Positions 1 through 12,182 of a DNA stretch of 64,000 nt are shown here, piece after piece. The notes below the pieces were generated by a model that was not told where the DNA came from, made no database searches, and saw only the letters and a list, made by a program, of their open reading frames with translations. Position 1 is the first letter of the stretch, and every line of letters begins with the position of its first letter. The translations under genes and the position numbers were made by a program. The DNA is from Callorhinchus milii. Taxonomy: Eukaryota. The stretch covers positions 56,856,001 through 56,920,000 of the forward strand of contig NW_024704742.1 in the NCBI RefSeq assembly GCF_018977255.1, given 5' to 3'.

Positions 1-235
1 ACTGTAAAATGGATTGACTGGGTAATTTTGTGGGCGAATGCAGCAGCCAGTTGCGCGCAGAAATGTCCCACAAACAGCCGTGGAGTGAGTGATCAATTTA
101 ATCATTGGGTATTGTTGGCCAAAGCACTGGGAGAATATCCCTTCTCTTTTCAAATAATGCAATGAGACCATCAACATCCACCTGAACAGGCAATTGGGAC
201 TTGGTTTAACGTCTCATCTGAAGGATGGCACCATT
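1..235 (-). mobile_element. Deu-type SINE fragment (long form)
   Basis: Contains gcagccagttgcgc..gtcccacaaacagc and catccacctgaacagg..tctcatctgaaggatggcacc, shared with other SINE copies in the window. Confidence 0.8.
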
Positions 236-312
236 CTGGACATTTTCTTGCAGTTGCCATTGTGAATTTTGGATTTGCCATCTCAGGTCTCATGGCCTGG
301 AGTCTTAACATG

Positions 313-876
313 TCAGAGTGCAGGTCCCACAGGTCAGAATCAGGTCCCACAGGTCAGGAGTGCAGGTCCCACAGCTCAGACTGCAGGTCCCACATGTCAG
401 AGTACAGGTCCCACAGGTCAGACTACAGGTCCCACAGGTCAGGAGTGCAGGTCCCACAGGTCAGACTGCAGGTCCCACAGATCAGACTGCAGGTCCCACA
501 GGTCAGACTGTAGGTCCCACAGATCAGGAGTGCAGGTCCCACAGGTCAGACTGCAGGTCCCACAGGTCAGACTGCAGGTCCCACAGGTCAGACTGCAGGT
601 CCCACAGGTCAGGAGTGCAGGTCCCACAGGTCAGGAGTGCAGATCCCACAGATCAGACTACAGGTCCCACAGATCAGGAGTGCAGGTCCCACAGGTCAGA
701 CTGCAGGTCCCACAGGTCAGACTGCAGGTCCCACAGGTCAGACTGCAGGTCTCACAGGTCAGGAGTGCAGGTCCCACAGGTCAGAGTGCAGGTCCCACAG
801 GTCAGACTGCAGGTCCCACCGGTCAGACTACAGGTCCCACAGGTCAGGCTACAGGTCCCACAGATCAGAGTGCAGG
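313..876. repeat. Minisatellite, 26 units of 20-22 bp (CAGGTCCCACAGGTCAGACTG / ...GGAGTG)
   Basis: Units parsed directly. The array explains the repetitive ORFs at 262-1000. Confidence 0.98.
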
Positions 877-1640
877 TTTTACGGGCTGGAATCTAGGTCT
901 CTCAGACCTCAGCCCAGGTCTCCCCACATCTTATAAACTGCTTTGCTGGATGTCTATTAAGCAAAAGCACTTTTCTGTGGGATTTATTTCTATTCTCTAG
1001 TTACATTTGAAGCTGTTTAAATGTGAGTCCTCTAGTTCTTCTCTCATAGTTTTAAATCAAATTACAAAATCAGTTATATCTACATTATCATTATCAAGTC
1101 CCGAATCACGTCTGCCCCTCTCATATTTTTGCATTTTGATCAACCAGGTATCTTGACACATGCGGATTCAGGTCCAACAGGTTAGAGTATCACTGTGCTT
1201 AAGAGTATCCAAAGCAGACTTCCATGGATGCCACCTATACATTCTTGTGTTTGGAATGACACACTCTCTCCTCTGGGGAGATGAATTCTGCTTAAATTAG
1301 ACACAGGTTGGCAAGAGCCATGGCTTAGGAACCTCAGAGTGTGCGTTGGGAGTTGCTTGCATTCACTTGGTATCTCAGCACATGACTCAATACTTTATTA
1401 TGCAACATATAAAACTTTCAACACAAATTTCAAGTTTATTTTGATAATTGGAATGCTAATTATAAATGATAGAATACTGTAGTTTATAATGCATTTAAAA
1501 CAGAAAAAAAACATGGAATGTAAATTATAAACAAATAAAATACTAGGCATGACAATTATTTGTATTCCTCTGCCTAACCTCAAATCCATTGTTTTAATTG
1601 CCTTTACTTGTAAAAATTGCAATAGGAATTAGCCTGGTTT

Positions 1641-2002
1641 AATAATAATAGTAATATTCCTTGCATTTGATATAGCGCCTTAGCATGTCTTCGAATCACC
1701 TCAAAGCGCGTCCCAGATGTAATGTGAATTGACTGTATATTTCTGGGGCAAAATGCAGAAGCCAATTTCATACATCAGTATCTCACAAACAGTCGTGGAC
1801 TGAGTGATTTTTTAAAAAAAAATTGAAGGGATTATTACCGGAAAAGCAATCCATCAATTGATTTACAACCGGGTTCCCACTTACTGCTGGGTAAACAGAG
1901 GCGTGTGGAGTAAGGAAACTTGCCTAACAGTTCGCCCTGGGAATCAAACCTAGGTTCTCTCGCTTGCGAGGTGAATGCTCCAACCAATATGCTACAAGAC
2001 TC
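1641..2002 (-). mobile_element. tRNA-derived SINE, older full-length variant
   Basis: (AAT)n tail, ccttgcatttgatatagcgc 3' end, and a tRNA-like head near 1940-2002. Confidence 0.85.
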
Positions 2003-2009
2003 TAAGTTA

Positions 2010-2410
2010 GAATCACTCTTGGCACTGAATCAGAAAGGTCTGGATTCAAGCTGCACTTTGTGATCTTCAGTTCATTGTCTAGGCTGACTCCAGTACAATG
2101 CTGGAGGAGCTTTGAATTATTGGAGGTGCTGTTCTTTGGATGAGATATTAAATCAAGATCCCGTCAGCCTTTTCAGATGGATGCTAAGAATCCCATAGAA
2201 CTGTTTGAAAATAGAAAGGAGTTTCTCCTGGTGTCCTTGCCAACAATCTTCCAGATATAATTAGTCATTCACTATTCATGGCTGTTTGTGGAACATAGCT
2301 GGATGTAGATTGCCTGCCGCATTCTCCTACAAATACACAGTCACACTACTTAACAGTAAATCATGTTTTGAGACATTTCAGTGATGTAATAAGGCATTAT
2401 ATAAAAGACA
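2010..2410 (+). mobile_element. Deu-type SINE (long form, diverged)
   Basis: Degenerate tRNA head, ggaggtgctg..gatgag..cagatggatg core, and ggctgtttgtgg tail. Confidence 0.75.
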
Positions 2411-5400
2411 AGGAATGTTATTCTAGTATTAACTTGTGTATCGGATATATTATAATAACAGTAAGTGATATATTATGGTTAATGGAACCTAATCAGTGAC
2501 CTTGTCTACAAAGAAAAGTTAATAATCTTTGGGCTGTTAAGCTGCCTGTTGATTTACCTTGCCCGCTACTATTTATCAAAGGATAATTTTTTGCGGCTTT
2601 AATTCAAATGCCCAACTCGACAAGCAGGAGTGCGGTATGGTCAGCTGCTTGAATTCAAATGCTTGGCAGTAGGTGACATAGAACAGACTATGATAGTTAA
2701 AAACTGTTTGAAAGTTTTTCAATTTTAAAGTTAAACTGACTTGACTGTATTTGCGTCACTATAAAGGTTATTATCCCTTTTTTAGGTTGTTTGTGTGGGT
2801 TTGCTTAGGAACGAGGTCTACAGGCAACTCTACTGGTTATAAGCTTGTATAAACAGTGGCAATGACTGTTTTGCGTGCAGTAAATTATTTGTAAAATCTT
2901 TGTAATATGGTACAAAGGCAACAATTGAAAGTTGAGTTTGAATCCATGTATAAATTGCAATAACTGGGTTTTATTAGGGTAAGAGAAAATGCTGCATTTT
3001 GTGCTTGGTTTACCTGTCTTTTTACTGTTTAATATGTGATGTTTAATGGGGTGATGTGCTCATTGTTCCCTAAACATAAACTTTGCCGTTGATTGTCCAG
3101 TTCAATCATTGGTCTTACAAAGCATGTATATGTGTATCAAGGTATCTCCTGCATCTTAGATAGGAGCACAGTGATGCACTCTGATACTATGCAGCTGACC
3201 ATACCGCACTTCTGCTTGTCGAGTTGGGCATTTGATCTACAATGCCTGTGACCAATTCACATTGGCCCAATGTCAAAAAGTATCAAAGTGCTTCACAAAT
3301 GATTGATGTCAAGTGGAGTCATTGTGTATTTGTAGGATAATACACCAGCCAATTTGCAAATACCAAGCCGCTCAAATAGCCACAAAGTGAATAATTAATT
3401 TTTATCTGGAGGATTGTTGGTCAGGAAACCATCGTATTTTTAAAGTTCACTGAACAGGCAGTCAGGACATCAGTTAAACATCTCATCCAAGGTACATTAC
3501 CTCTAACAATGCAGCGCTCCTCCAATACTGCTGTGGAGTATAAACCTGAATTCTGAGCTCAATATCATAATTCTCGCATTTGAATATAACGTCTTATCAT
3601 GTCTTTGAGATGTCTCAAAGCGCTGCACAGAATATACTTAAAGTGAATTTTGTGGGCGAAATGCAGCAACCAATTGACCACAGAAGTCCCAATGTTGGGT
3701 TTTATCTCTCAAAATTCTTACCAGTGACAAGACTGCTACCAACTGAGCCAAGGACACACCATATCTAAATCTGTAGCCAAAGCCACAGTCAACAAGATGA
3801 CTGTTCTGTGAACCTTACCTTTCTACTTTTATGTGCACCAGAGGATATTTTTCAATCATCTCTTTTAATCTAGTTAAATTGGGTTACTGATGTTGATCAA
3901 GCATCTCATATCCCGATAGTCCAGATGTTAAACTACAGCTGCAAGGTAAATTATTATGCTGTTTAACTTTTGAAGGGTTAATGTCTGAATGGTTAGTGAG
4001 AAGAACATTTACCACAAAAACATTACTAAATTGTACATTGGGCTATTGCCTATGCTATTTCTACTTATATGTATTTATACAGATTAAACCATGTTCTCGC
4101 TCTGTAAAAAAGATGCATTCATTTCCATCTTTTACACATATGGGGAGCATTCATTCTGATGCTCCTTGCCTCCTTACTCTTAAACTAAGTGTGGGAAGAT
4201 TTTTTTAAAATGGATTTGTGGAGAGATAAGCATTTTTCAATCTGTCCTTATCACTTTGCTTTGTGTCTTAATGAGAAGTGGAGATTAAGTGCGGCTGCCT
4301 GAAAACCCATGTCTCGTCTGGATGGGGTTGGCATGCGTCTGTAACCTCTGGTCAATATGGGGAGGAACAAAACGTTAAGGTTGCCAATAACACATTCTGC
4401 TTTCACTAACTCTAGCCAAAGAATCCATTTGTAACAACAAAAAAGTAGCACATTTACTGGAAAGAAAATTCAGCGCCTGGCATAGACTTAGAGGTCCTTT
4501 TCTTTCCACTTTCTTTATAATGAAAACTCCCTTTATGAAGATCTAGGGGAAACAATTGCTAACACATCTGAAGTGGTCTATAATGTTTCACTCCTGTCTC
4601 CAGTACACCATCAAAATAAATAAACATTTTATGTAACCTATATTAAAATTAGAAAAATATATTCTAACTATAAATCAGTAAATGACTGGAAAAGAGAAAT
4701 TGCTGAATTTTTGCAGGAACAAATTTTTGAATTTCTCCCCCGATTTTCACTTGAAAAATCTAACAACCATTGTTTGTTTTCCTTCTGGTTTGCAGCAAAC
4801 CTATTTTTAGAGAAATAAAAGCTGGAAAGTTCACAGAGGGTAAAATACTGTACAACTGAAGACAATAACTAGAACACCATTTGAAGGTCTTTTAGCAAGC
4901 AATTGATGTGCGTGGCCACATTAAATGATATAGGGATTTACTGTAACTGGAAAATAAGCACTTGTGAGTGAAACAGTATCTTTCCATTTTGTTCTTACTG
5001 CTATAGCGAAGCCATAAAGGGATCAGATTTGCTCCGAGAGAAAAGGCTAGTAAAAACAGCTGGAAACTTTAAGTGAACGTTGTGTTAATTTTGTTTACAA
5101 AGACTATTAGTCAGATGGTATTTTCCATTAGCTACTTTAAACAAACCCCTGGTGAACAATCTATTAAGCCAACTTTTAGAAGTCCAATCATAGTAGGGGC
5201 ATGAAATGTTATCTTAAAACATTCTTGAGCAACATAAATTTAGAAAATTCTGGCAACTTATTGCAGTGTTTTTGATTCAAACGCACATATGGAATTTTTA
5301 AAATTGGATCTAGCAATAACTATAACAACATAAATTTGTTGAAATGTTTAGCAGCAAGCGTCAACGATCCAGATGTTAATTCAAGGTTCTAGCAAAGTAT

Positions 5401-5464
5401 CTCATAGCAATATTGTCTTCAGTATTGCTCTCATAGGCAATAATCTAACTGCACACATAAAGAT

Positions 5465-6000
5465 ATACATTTGCATTTGCATTGTGCTTTTCATGTGAGG
5501 GGGTCCGAGATAGGACGGGATTGGGGCTGAGGTGGGGCTGAGGAAAAGGGGGATGGCAAATGGTGGGAAAGTGAGTCGTGTAGGGAGGAGCTGAAGAGTC
5601 AAGTGAGCAGGGTGTTGAGTAATCAAGCCTGGAGATGCTGAAGATATGAACGAGGGTTTCAACAGTCATTCCTACACAAGCTGAGACCAAACAGAACTCA
5701 GCAGCCTCTGTTTTCTCCTGCAACAGGCTTGTTATCCCCATCTTCACAAAGCTCCACTGGCTCACCATACCCCAGTGATCAAATTCAGGATTCTCATCCT
5801 CACTTTCAAATGCCTCCATGGCCTTTCCCAATCCTACCTCCATAATCTCCAAGCTGCTCCTTCCACTCAATAAACACTAGCCTGCTTCAGGTTCCCCACC
5901 TGCTCTAGGTGGGTGAGCTTCAGCCATTCTGCTCCCGGTCTCTGGAAGTCCATTCCAGAGTCTTTCCGACTCACTCCGCTCATCTCCACTTTAAGATCTT
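5465..6000. mobile_element. Rearranged L2 LINE 3' fragment (part on -, part on +)
   Basis: ETLVHIFSISRLDY on - (5578-5665). QNSAA..LHWL..FKCLHGL..LWKSIP on + (5671-6000). L2-type tail on - near 5465-5577. Confidence 0.8.
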
Positions 6001-8599
6001 CAGATGGAATTCCCATAAGTTGGGGGTAACAAATTTCTGGATTCCTTAATTAAGGAATTCCTCGTCACATTTTAGACCTGAATGCCCCCTTTCAGCACTT
6101 CTGTTTCCAAAAGCATTTTTCTACTGTATAATTTGGGTTAGACATAGAAACAGGAGTAGGCCATTCAGCCCCTCGACTCTATTCCGCCTTTCTATAAAAT
6201 CATGGCTGATCTGTACCTCAAGTACCCGCCCTTGACCCATACCCCTTAATACCCTGATCTCACAAATACCTTTCCACCTGAATCTTGAAGGGTTTTATAA
6301 TGACAGAATAATCCTGGTTAACGTCACAGTATATAAGAGCCTGAAGTGAAAGGTCCTGATAGTTACAAAAATGGTCAATTTTTTCTCCTGTGGGCTTTTG
6401 TGTATTCATATGATTTTTTAAGTGTTTTTGTATGATGTTTTTCATGTTTTCAAGGATGGCTTTTTTTCATATAATGGTTTTCGTGCTTTCCGCCTTTGTA
6501 TTATTGAACATTCAGAGCACTTGTATTTGTCTCGAGCTATCTGTGCAAGGCAGAGTCTTTACTTAGAAGTCCAATATGATATAGGTTTTTCTTTCTGGGA
6601 ATGTTTTTTTAAAAATCTTCCTTATTGCTCTTCAGAGATCCAGTGGCAAGTTCCAGGTCACTTCTTTCCAGCTTTTAAATCTTATCCAAATCATCGAGTT
6701 GGAGTTTCTGTAAATTCTGTACTTTCCCTCGTGGGAGTCTGCAGACTTACACTTACCGTGCACAAATGAGTTTGTTGAAAATAGTAAAGATGTACATTTC
6801 TGAGAAATAAAATTGATGGCGAGTTTTTTTTATTCTGGAATTTTTCTGAAACGTGAACTCAAAGTTCTCTACCCCTTGGCAGTGATTCAATTAACTCTTC
6901 TCACATTTAGCATCAGATAGTTTCAAAATGTTTTCTGCTTTCTACTTAAAAGGACATCATCCTAGTAAAATGAGCATACACAAGAGAGAAGGCAATAGAG
7001 GAATATGGGGGAGAGAAGTGGGAAGGGTGGAGGCTCATTTGGAGTATAAAGACCAGCACAAATTTATTGGGCCAAATGTTTTAGTGCTTTAGAATTACCT
7101 AATTCTGTGTAAAATAATATGGATGCTGTTTCATTGGGTGTTTATATACAGCAGAGACATGATGAAACCAACCACATCAGCACAAAAAGTCTCACAAAGA
7201 GTTAAGCACATCAAAGCCTGAGAGCGAGAGATGAGAACCAGATAAGAGAGACATCTGGGAAACAGAGATGAAACATTATTCTGTGTGGGAGACAATCTCT
7301 ATTTTTTCCATATATTTAGGAGGCAGTGCACTATTTTGTAACAAAAAAGATGTTAAAATCCTGGGAACGCAATAAAATAATTTTATATTTAGAATCTAAA
7401 CTAATTTCTTTAGAGTATCAATAGCTACATATTCACTTTAAAAGGTATTGTCATCAGTTTTATACTGAATATCACTGTTAACTACCGGGGAAGAGTTCTA
7501 CTTTACAAAGTGTTTGAGTTAGGAGGATATTAAATTTTCTATTTACAATGTGAGACCAGGAGAAAGCCATCCTCACTATTTCAACTTCACAACACCAAGG
7601 TCTGAAACATTCAAGACAGACCCTTGGACTCCAATTGTAATATGAAACATTTTAAGTTCACAGCATTTGAAAAGTTTCCAATTTGAAAGATTTTCCCAAC
7701 AGTGGTAGAGCAGTGAGCAGAGGTAAGCTCATGTATTTCAGTATAACTGTACAGCCTGGATGCATAATTCCAAAAATGGTATCAAGAACAAACCAGCACC
7801 TGCAGACTGCACTGCAAAGTATATTCGGCAGATGTTTACCTCTGATTAATTTACAGTAGCTTGCCTAGATTGTAATTATTGCAAGTTTACAGTATTTGGA
7901 AACCCTTAATAAAGCAAAAGGGTAGGGAGCACTTTTATGTATTTGCTTTAAGTTTACTTTGCTATTAGCTGTTCTTTTCAATATTTTGAATATTTGGCAA
8001 TCAAAGCTGGCGACCAGTTGTCAAAAAACACTATAAACCTGAGAAATGGTTCTGAGAGTTAAGAACATTACATTTCTGTTGTAAATGTTAACTGTAGACT
8101 TTTACAAGTTTGGTGTTTCTGCACTATTCACTTATTAGAGTGGGTTCACTGATTTGAATGATACATTATTTTGCTGCTCTGTTTGAAACTTTCAGTTCAT
8201 ATACAGTACAGTATAATCAGTACATATTCAGTACAGTATAAATGTGCTGCACATTTATAAAGAACCATAATTAAACAATAAAATAAAAGCATTAGAAATA
8301 TGTCATGTAAAGAACTATGCCTCATCTCCTACACTCACTGATTATTATTATTTATATAAAATTAAATGATAGTTTAAAACTGCTGTGTAATTATTTGTAA
8401 GTGTGCAATACGGTTCTCATTAATTTAGCCACAATGGCAAATCTGCTACATTGAATGAATAGAGTAGAATAATCCCCTTTGCTGTAAACGCAATACTTAG
8501 TACAAAGGATAAAACGACCGACATGTCATAAACACAAGTTCACAACATTGATTGAAGTGAAGTTCTTTAACGATATCATCTCATCCTTCCAGAATACCC

Positions 8600-8945
8600 A
8601 TCCATCTGTCCTCCCACCACAACTTCAATCTATTTCTTAAATGAATCCAGTATCTTTGCCTCAACCACTCTTCCTGGTAACCAATTTTAGTCATTCTGTT
8701 GCCAAGCATATCATCTTAGGCCAAGGCCAGCAGCTCAGCCTACATGCCTTCCCTCTCCTCCCTGCCCAAACAAGAGCTCCAACTTGTCTTATCATTGCTG
8801 CTATATCATACCTTATTTCTTTAACACTGGGGATCATCCTCATTGCTCTCCTTCTCACAGCCTCTAGGGTAATCCCTAATGTAGCGGCGACCAGAACTGT
8901 ACTAAATACACCAGGTGAGGCCTGACCAAAACACTGTACAATTTG
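8600..8945 (-). mobile_element. CR1 LINE ORF2 3' fragment
   Basis: Reverse strand reads YSVLVRPHLVYLVQFWSP, the CR1 C-terminal motif. Confidence 0.75.
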
Positions 8946-9639
8946 ATAGGAACTTGGGGGAACCGGAACTCAACTGATTTTTCAGGGCTCAGGATTACAC
9001 ATATTGTGCAATATTATGCACTAAATCAAATAGAGAACAGCTGTTCCATGTTGTCAGGTTTTACGATGTTGTGGTAATCTGTTTACTGAGCATTGAAATC
9101 TGCCAAGATATTACATCAGTTTCATTGTTGATTTTTAAAAATGTAAAACAATGTTCTTTCCAGCACTGGCCAAGAAAGATTGCTAGATATCCTTTGTAGC
9201 GTCCCAGGGTTATAGTTAATTATGTCAGTGGCTAATACAAGTTACATATATCGGTAGACTTCCTCTCTGAGATTGGGGGCTCCCTGGTCTGAGAGGCTTT
9301 GCAGAGCCCACCATTTTACTGGTTTTGCCTCAGTACAGATAATACTGTGAGCCCAGGAATCTTGCTGGCTTACTCCGGACATCCACTATTTATCTTAAAC
9401 AACAGACGCTGTTGTCAAGTGACGCTACTCTGATCTGTTTTTCGGGGTCAGTGCAGCAGCGAGTCATAGCATTTACTGAACAGCAGGGCTCTAAGCTTTA
9501 ACAAATGCATATGTGGCATTGAGACCTCATATCCATAATGGAATATAACACCCTGCAGTGGCTCTACACAGTAGGCCTGCAGTACTGTGTGCTTAGATAC
9601 TTGCATTGAGGAATTAGCATACAGCTTTTCAACTTATCA

Positions 9640-10085
9640 GCAACAACTTGCATTTATATAGCATCCTAATGTCTCTGAGCACTTCACATTGGCAGGGTCA
9701 GATACCAAGTAAGGGAGAAGAGGAGATGACGATAGGCGCGGTTGAAGAAGTAGGTTTTAAGGTGGGATTCAAAGACAGATTGAGAAAAGGCGCGATGGAG
9801 GGAGAGATGGAGGCAATCACAGAGTTTGGGAGTGTAGTGATTGGAGACTCGGACACTGATGGTAGCACTGAGGGGACAAGGGACAGATGCCAAAGTTGCA
9901 CATTGGTTTGGTGAGTATCAGCGGGAAGCCAAGGAGTTTCCGTCTTGTCCATGTTAACTGTAGTAAGTTGGTGTTCATCCAAGCTTTGATATCTGACAGG
10001 CAGGCAGTCAGACAGAGCATTAGTGGATCCAGAATGAAGACTAGAAGTGGAAAGGTAGATTTGGGTGTCATCTGCATAAATGTAG
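9640..10085 (-). mobile_element. L2 LINE fragment
   Basis: YADDTQIYL..CLTACLSDIKAWMNTNLLQL and FESHLKTYFFNRAY motifs, with (TTG)n tail. Confidence 0.85.
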
Positions 10086-10939
10086 ATTTAATAAATAATT
10101 CCCCTAGTGAAATCGGAGATGCATGGCCAAAGAAAGCTGGGTGCTGGCAGAGTGCTCAAAAATATTCAGTTTTTTTCTCCCAAGCTTTGTTATCAAGCTG
10201 TTTGAGCTTGATTATTTTCTTATTTTTGTGGCATTAGAACAGGAATCTGATTATAAAATGGTCCTTGCAACATACAGTATACAGTACCTCCGTTGCTTTT
10301 TGTTGCTACATAACCAAGCTTCTAACGCCAGGAGAGAGGAGTTAGAAGATATATTCAAATCAAACAGAATTTCAAAATGTAGCAAAACTAATAAATGTTT
10401 TAGCGACTAGAAACTTCAGAAATTAATCTTGAATCCATGTAAAAATTGAAGAAAAAGCATTATTATCTGCTGCAGGTACAAAACATCTACTGTGTGCACT
10501 TAAGAGTAACAGCAGAATGATCAGTGGATTTCTCCTGTAAATACATAAGGTCAAGAGTTGCACATTCCCCTGGGTGGTCTCCCTCTATCTGTCATTGATA
10601 GTGAGTTGATTATTGATTATGGCATGTGCCATTGTAAGCGACCAGAGATCTGTCTTGCTGTTTATCAGATAATCCGTGTTCCCTCACCATAAACATCAAC
10701 CCTGAAAAGCGCAAACATAGCTTTCCACAGCTATTCCACCTGATTGTCTATTTGGGCTTCTCCTGTTTTGTAATTTTTACCATTTAATCTTTTTGATTCA
10801 TAGGTAAAAGAGAAAGGATGTGCAATTTACACATTTACGCATTACATAATTATAAATCATGCCGAAACATTTCAAGGTATTTCAATAATAGCTTGACTTT
10901 ACAAAGCACCCTTCATGTAGGGTAATGTTTCAGAACACT

Positions 10940-11570
10940 TTACAAGGACATCAAGCAAGGCGAGGAGTAGATGGCCGGAGGAGCACTTGAAGATAGAGAT
11001 TTGAGGCAGGATTTAAAGATGGACAGAGAGGGAGCAAGATAGTGTGGGAAAGATAGAGTTCCAGAGGTTAGGGGATAAGAACAGAAGTCTGATGGTGGCA
11101 TAGAGAGGGTGGGGGAGGGCAACAAACCCAAGTTATCTGAGCAGAGGGGACAAGTAGTAGGATAAGAGAAGGCTGGAGAGATTAAAAAAAGTGCCATGGT
11201 GTTGATGGATTTCTAGGTGAAGATGAGGACTTTCAAATCGATCTTCTAGGGGACAGGAAGACAATGGAGACTGGCGAGGACTTGAGTGAGGTGTGATAGA
11301 ATTTGGCATGAGTAAGGATATGGGCAGTGTAGTATGAGTTGCAGCTTGTGAATGGCGGAGCTAGGGAGACTCGTGACAAGTGGGTTGGAAAAGCATAAGT
11401 GGGATGTGATGAAAGTGTGAATGATTGTTTCAGAGGCATTGGGTGTGCGGGGTAGACAGGTGAAGTGGCAGAGATGAAGGAAGGCAGTATTAGTAAAGGG
11501 CCGCATGTGAGAAAGAAAGAAAAGCTGGGGATCAAACCAAATGAGCCAAGGTTGCACACTGATTCAGAGT
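10940..11570 (-). mobile_element. L2 LINE fragment
   Basis: ETIIHTFITSHL..LASLHCLPVP..FKSCLK motifs, frameshifted. Confidence 0.85.
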
Positions 11571-11888
11571 TAGAGAGTTCACAAATAATCAGTGTCAAGC
11601 ATGGTGTCTTGTTTTAAGCAAACAAAGCCAACAAGATCTAAAATTGTCAAGAGAAAAAAAACTGAGGCCTAAACTAAAGATTGAGTTATTTGATATTTAT
11701 TATCTTTACATTAATTCCATTTTGTTACTAAACGTCAAAATATTTTGTTTAAAGAAAGCTAACAATTGGCACAAATAATTATATGCTGTTGCTGCTGTTG
11801 GCAGGCTATCCTATCTAATATCTAAATTAAATACTCTAGTGCGCAATTGGTTGCCGCATTTTGCCCACAAAATTTACAGTCAATTCAC

Positions 11889-12182
11889 TTGCATTTGATG
11901 TAGCGCTTTTCATGTCTTCTAAACATCTCAAAGTGCTTCACAGAATATACTATAAAGTGAATTGACTGTATATTTGTGGGCGAAACACAGCAGCCAATTA
12001 CACACAGCAGTGTCCCACAAACAGTCATGGATTGAAGTGACCAAATTATTAATTTTTTTTTGAGGAATTATTATCAGGCATGTGGAATAAGGAAACTTGC
12101 CCAAGGTTTCGCCCTGCCGGGAATCGAATCCAGGTTTCTCACTTGCAAGCCGAGTGCTCTAACCACTGAGCTACAGGACTCC
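11889..12182 (-). mobile_element. tRNA-derived SINE
   Basis: Ends in ..ctctaaccactgagctacaggactcc (tRNA head on -). Same body as the young copies. Confidence 0.9.

Noticed and set aside
262..1000. Long repetitive ORFs (QVPQVRL / CRSHRS / AGPTGQT) and a CRISPR-like appearance
   Set aside because: They are translations of the 21/22-bp minisatellite. There are no unique spacers and no cas genes, and the context is vertebrate.
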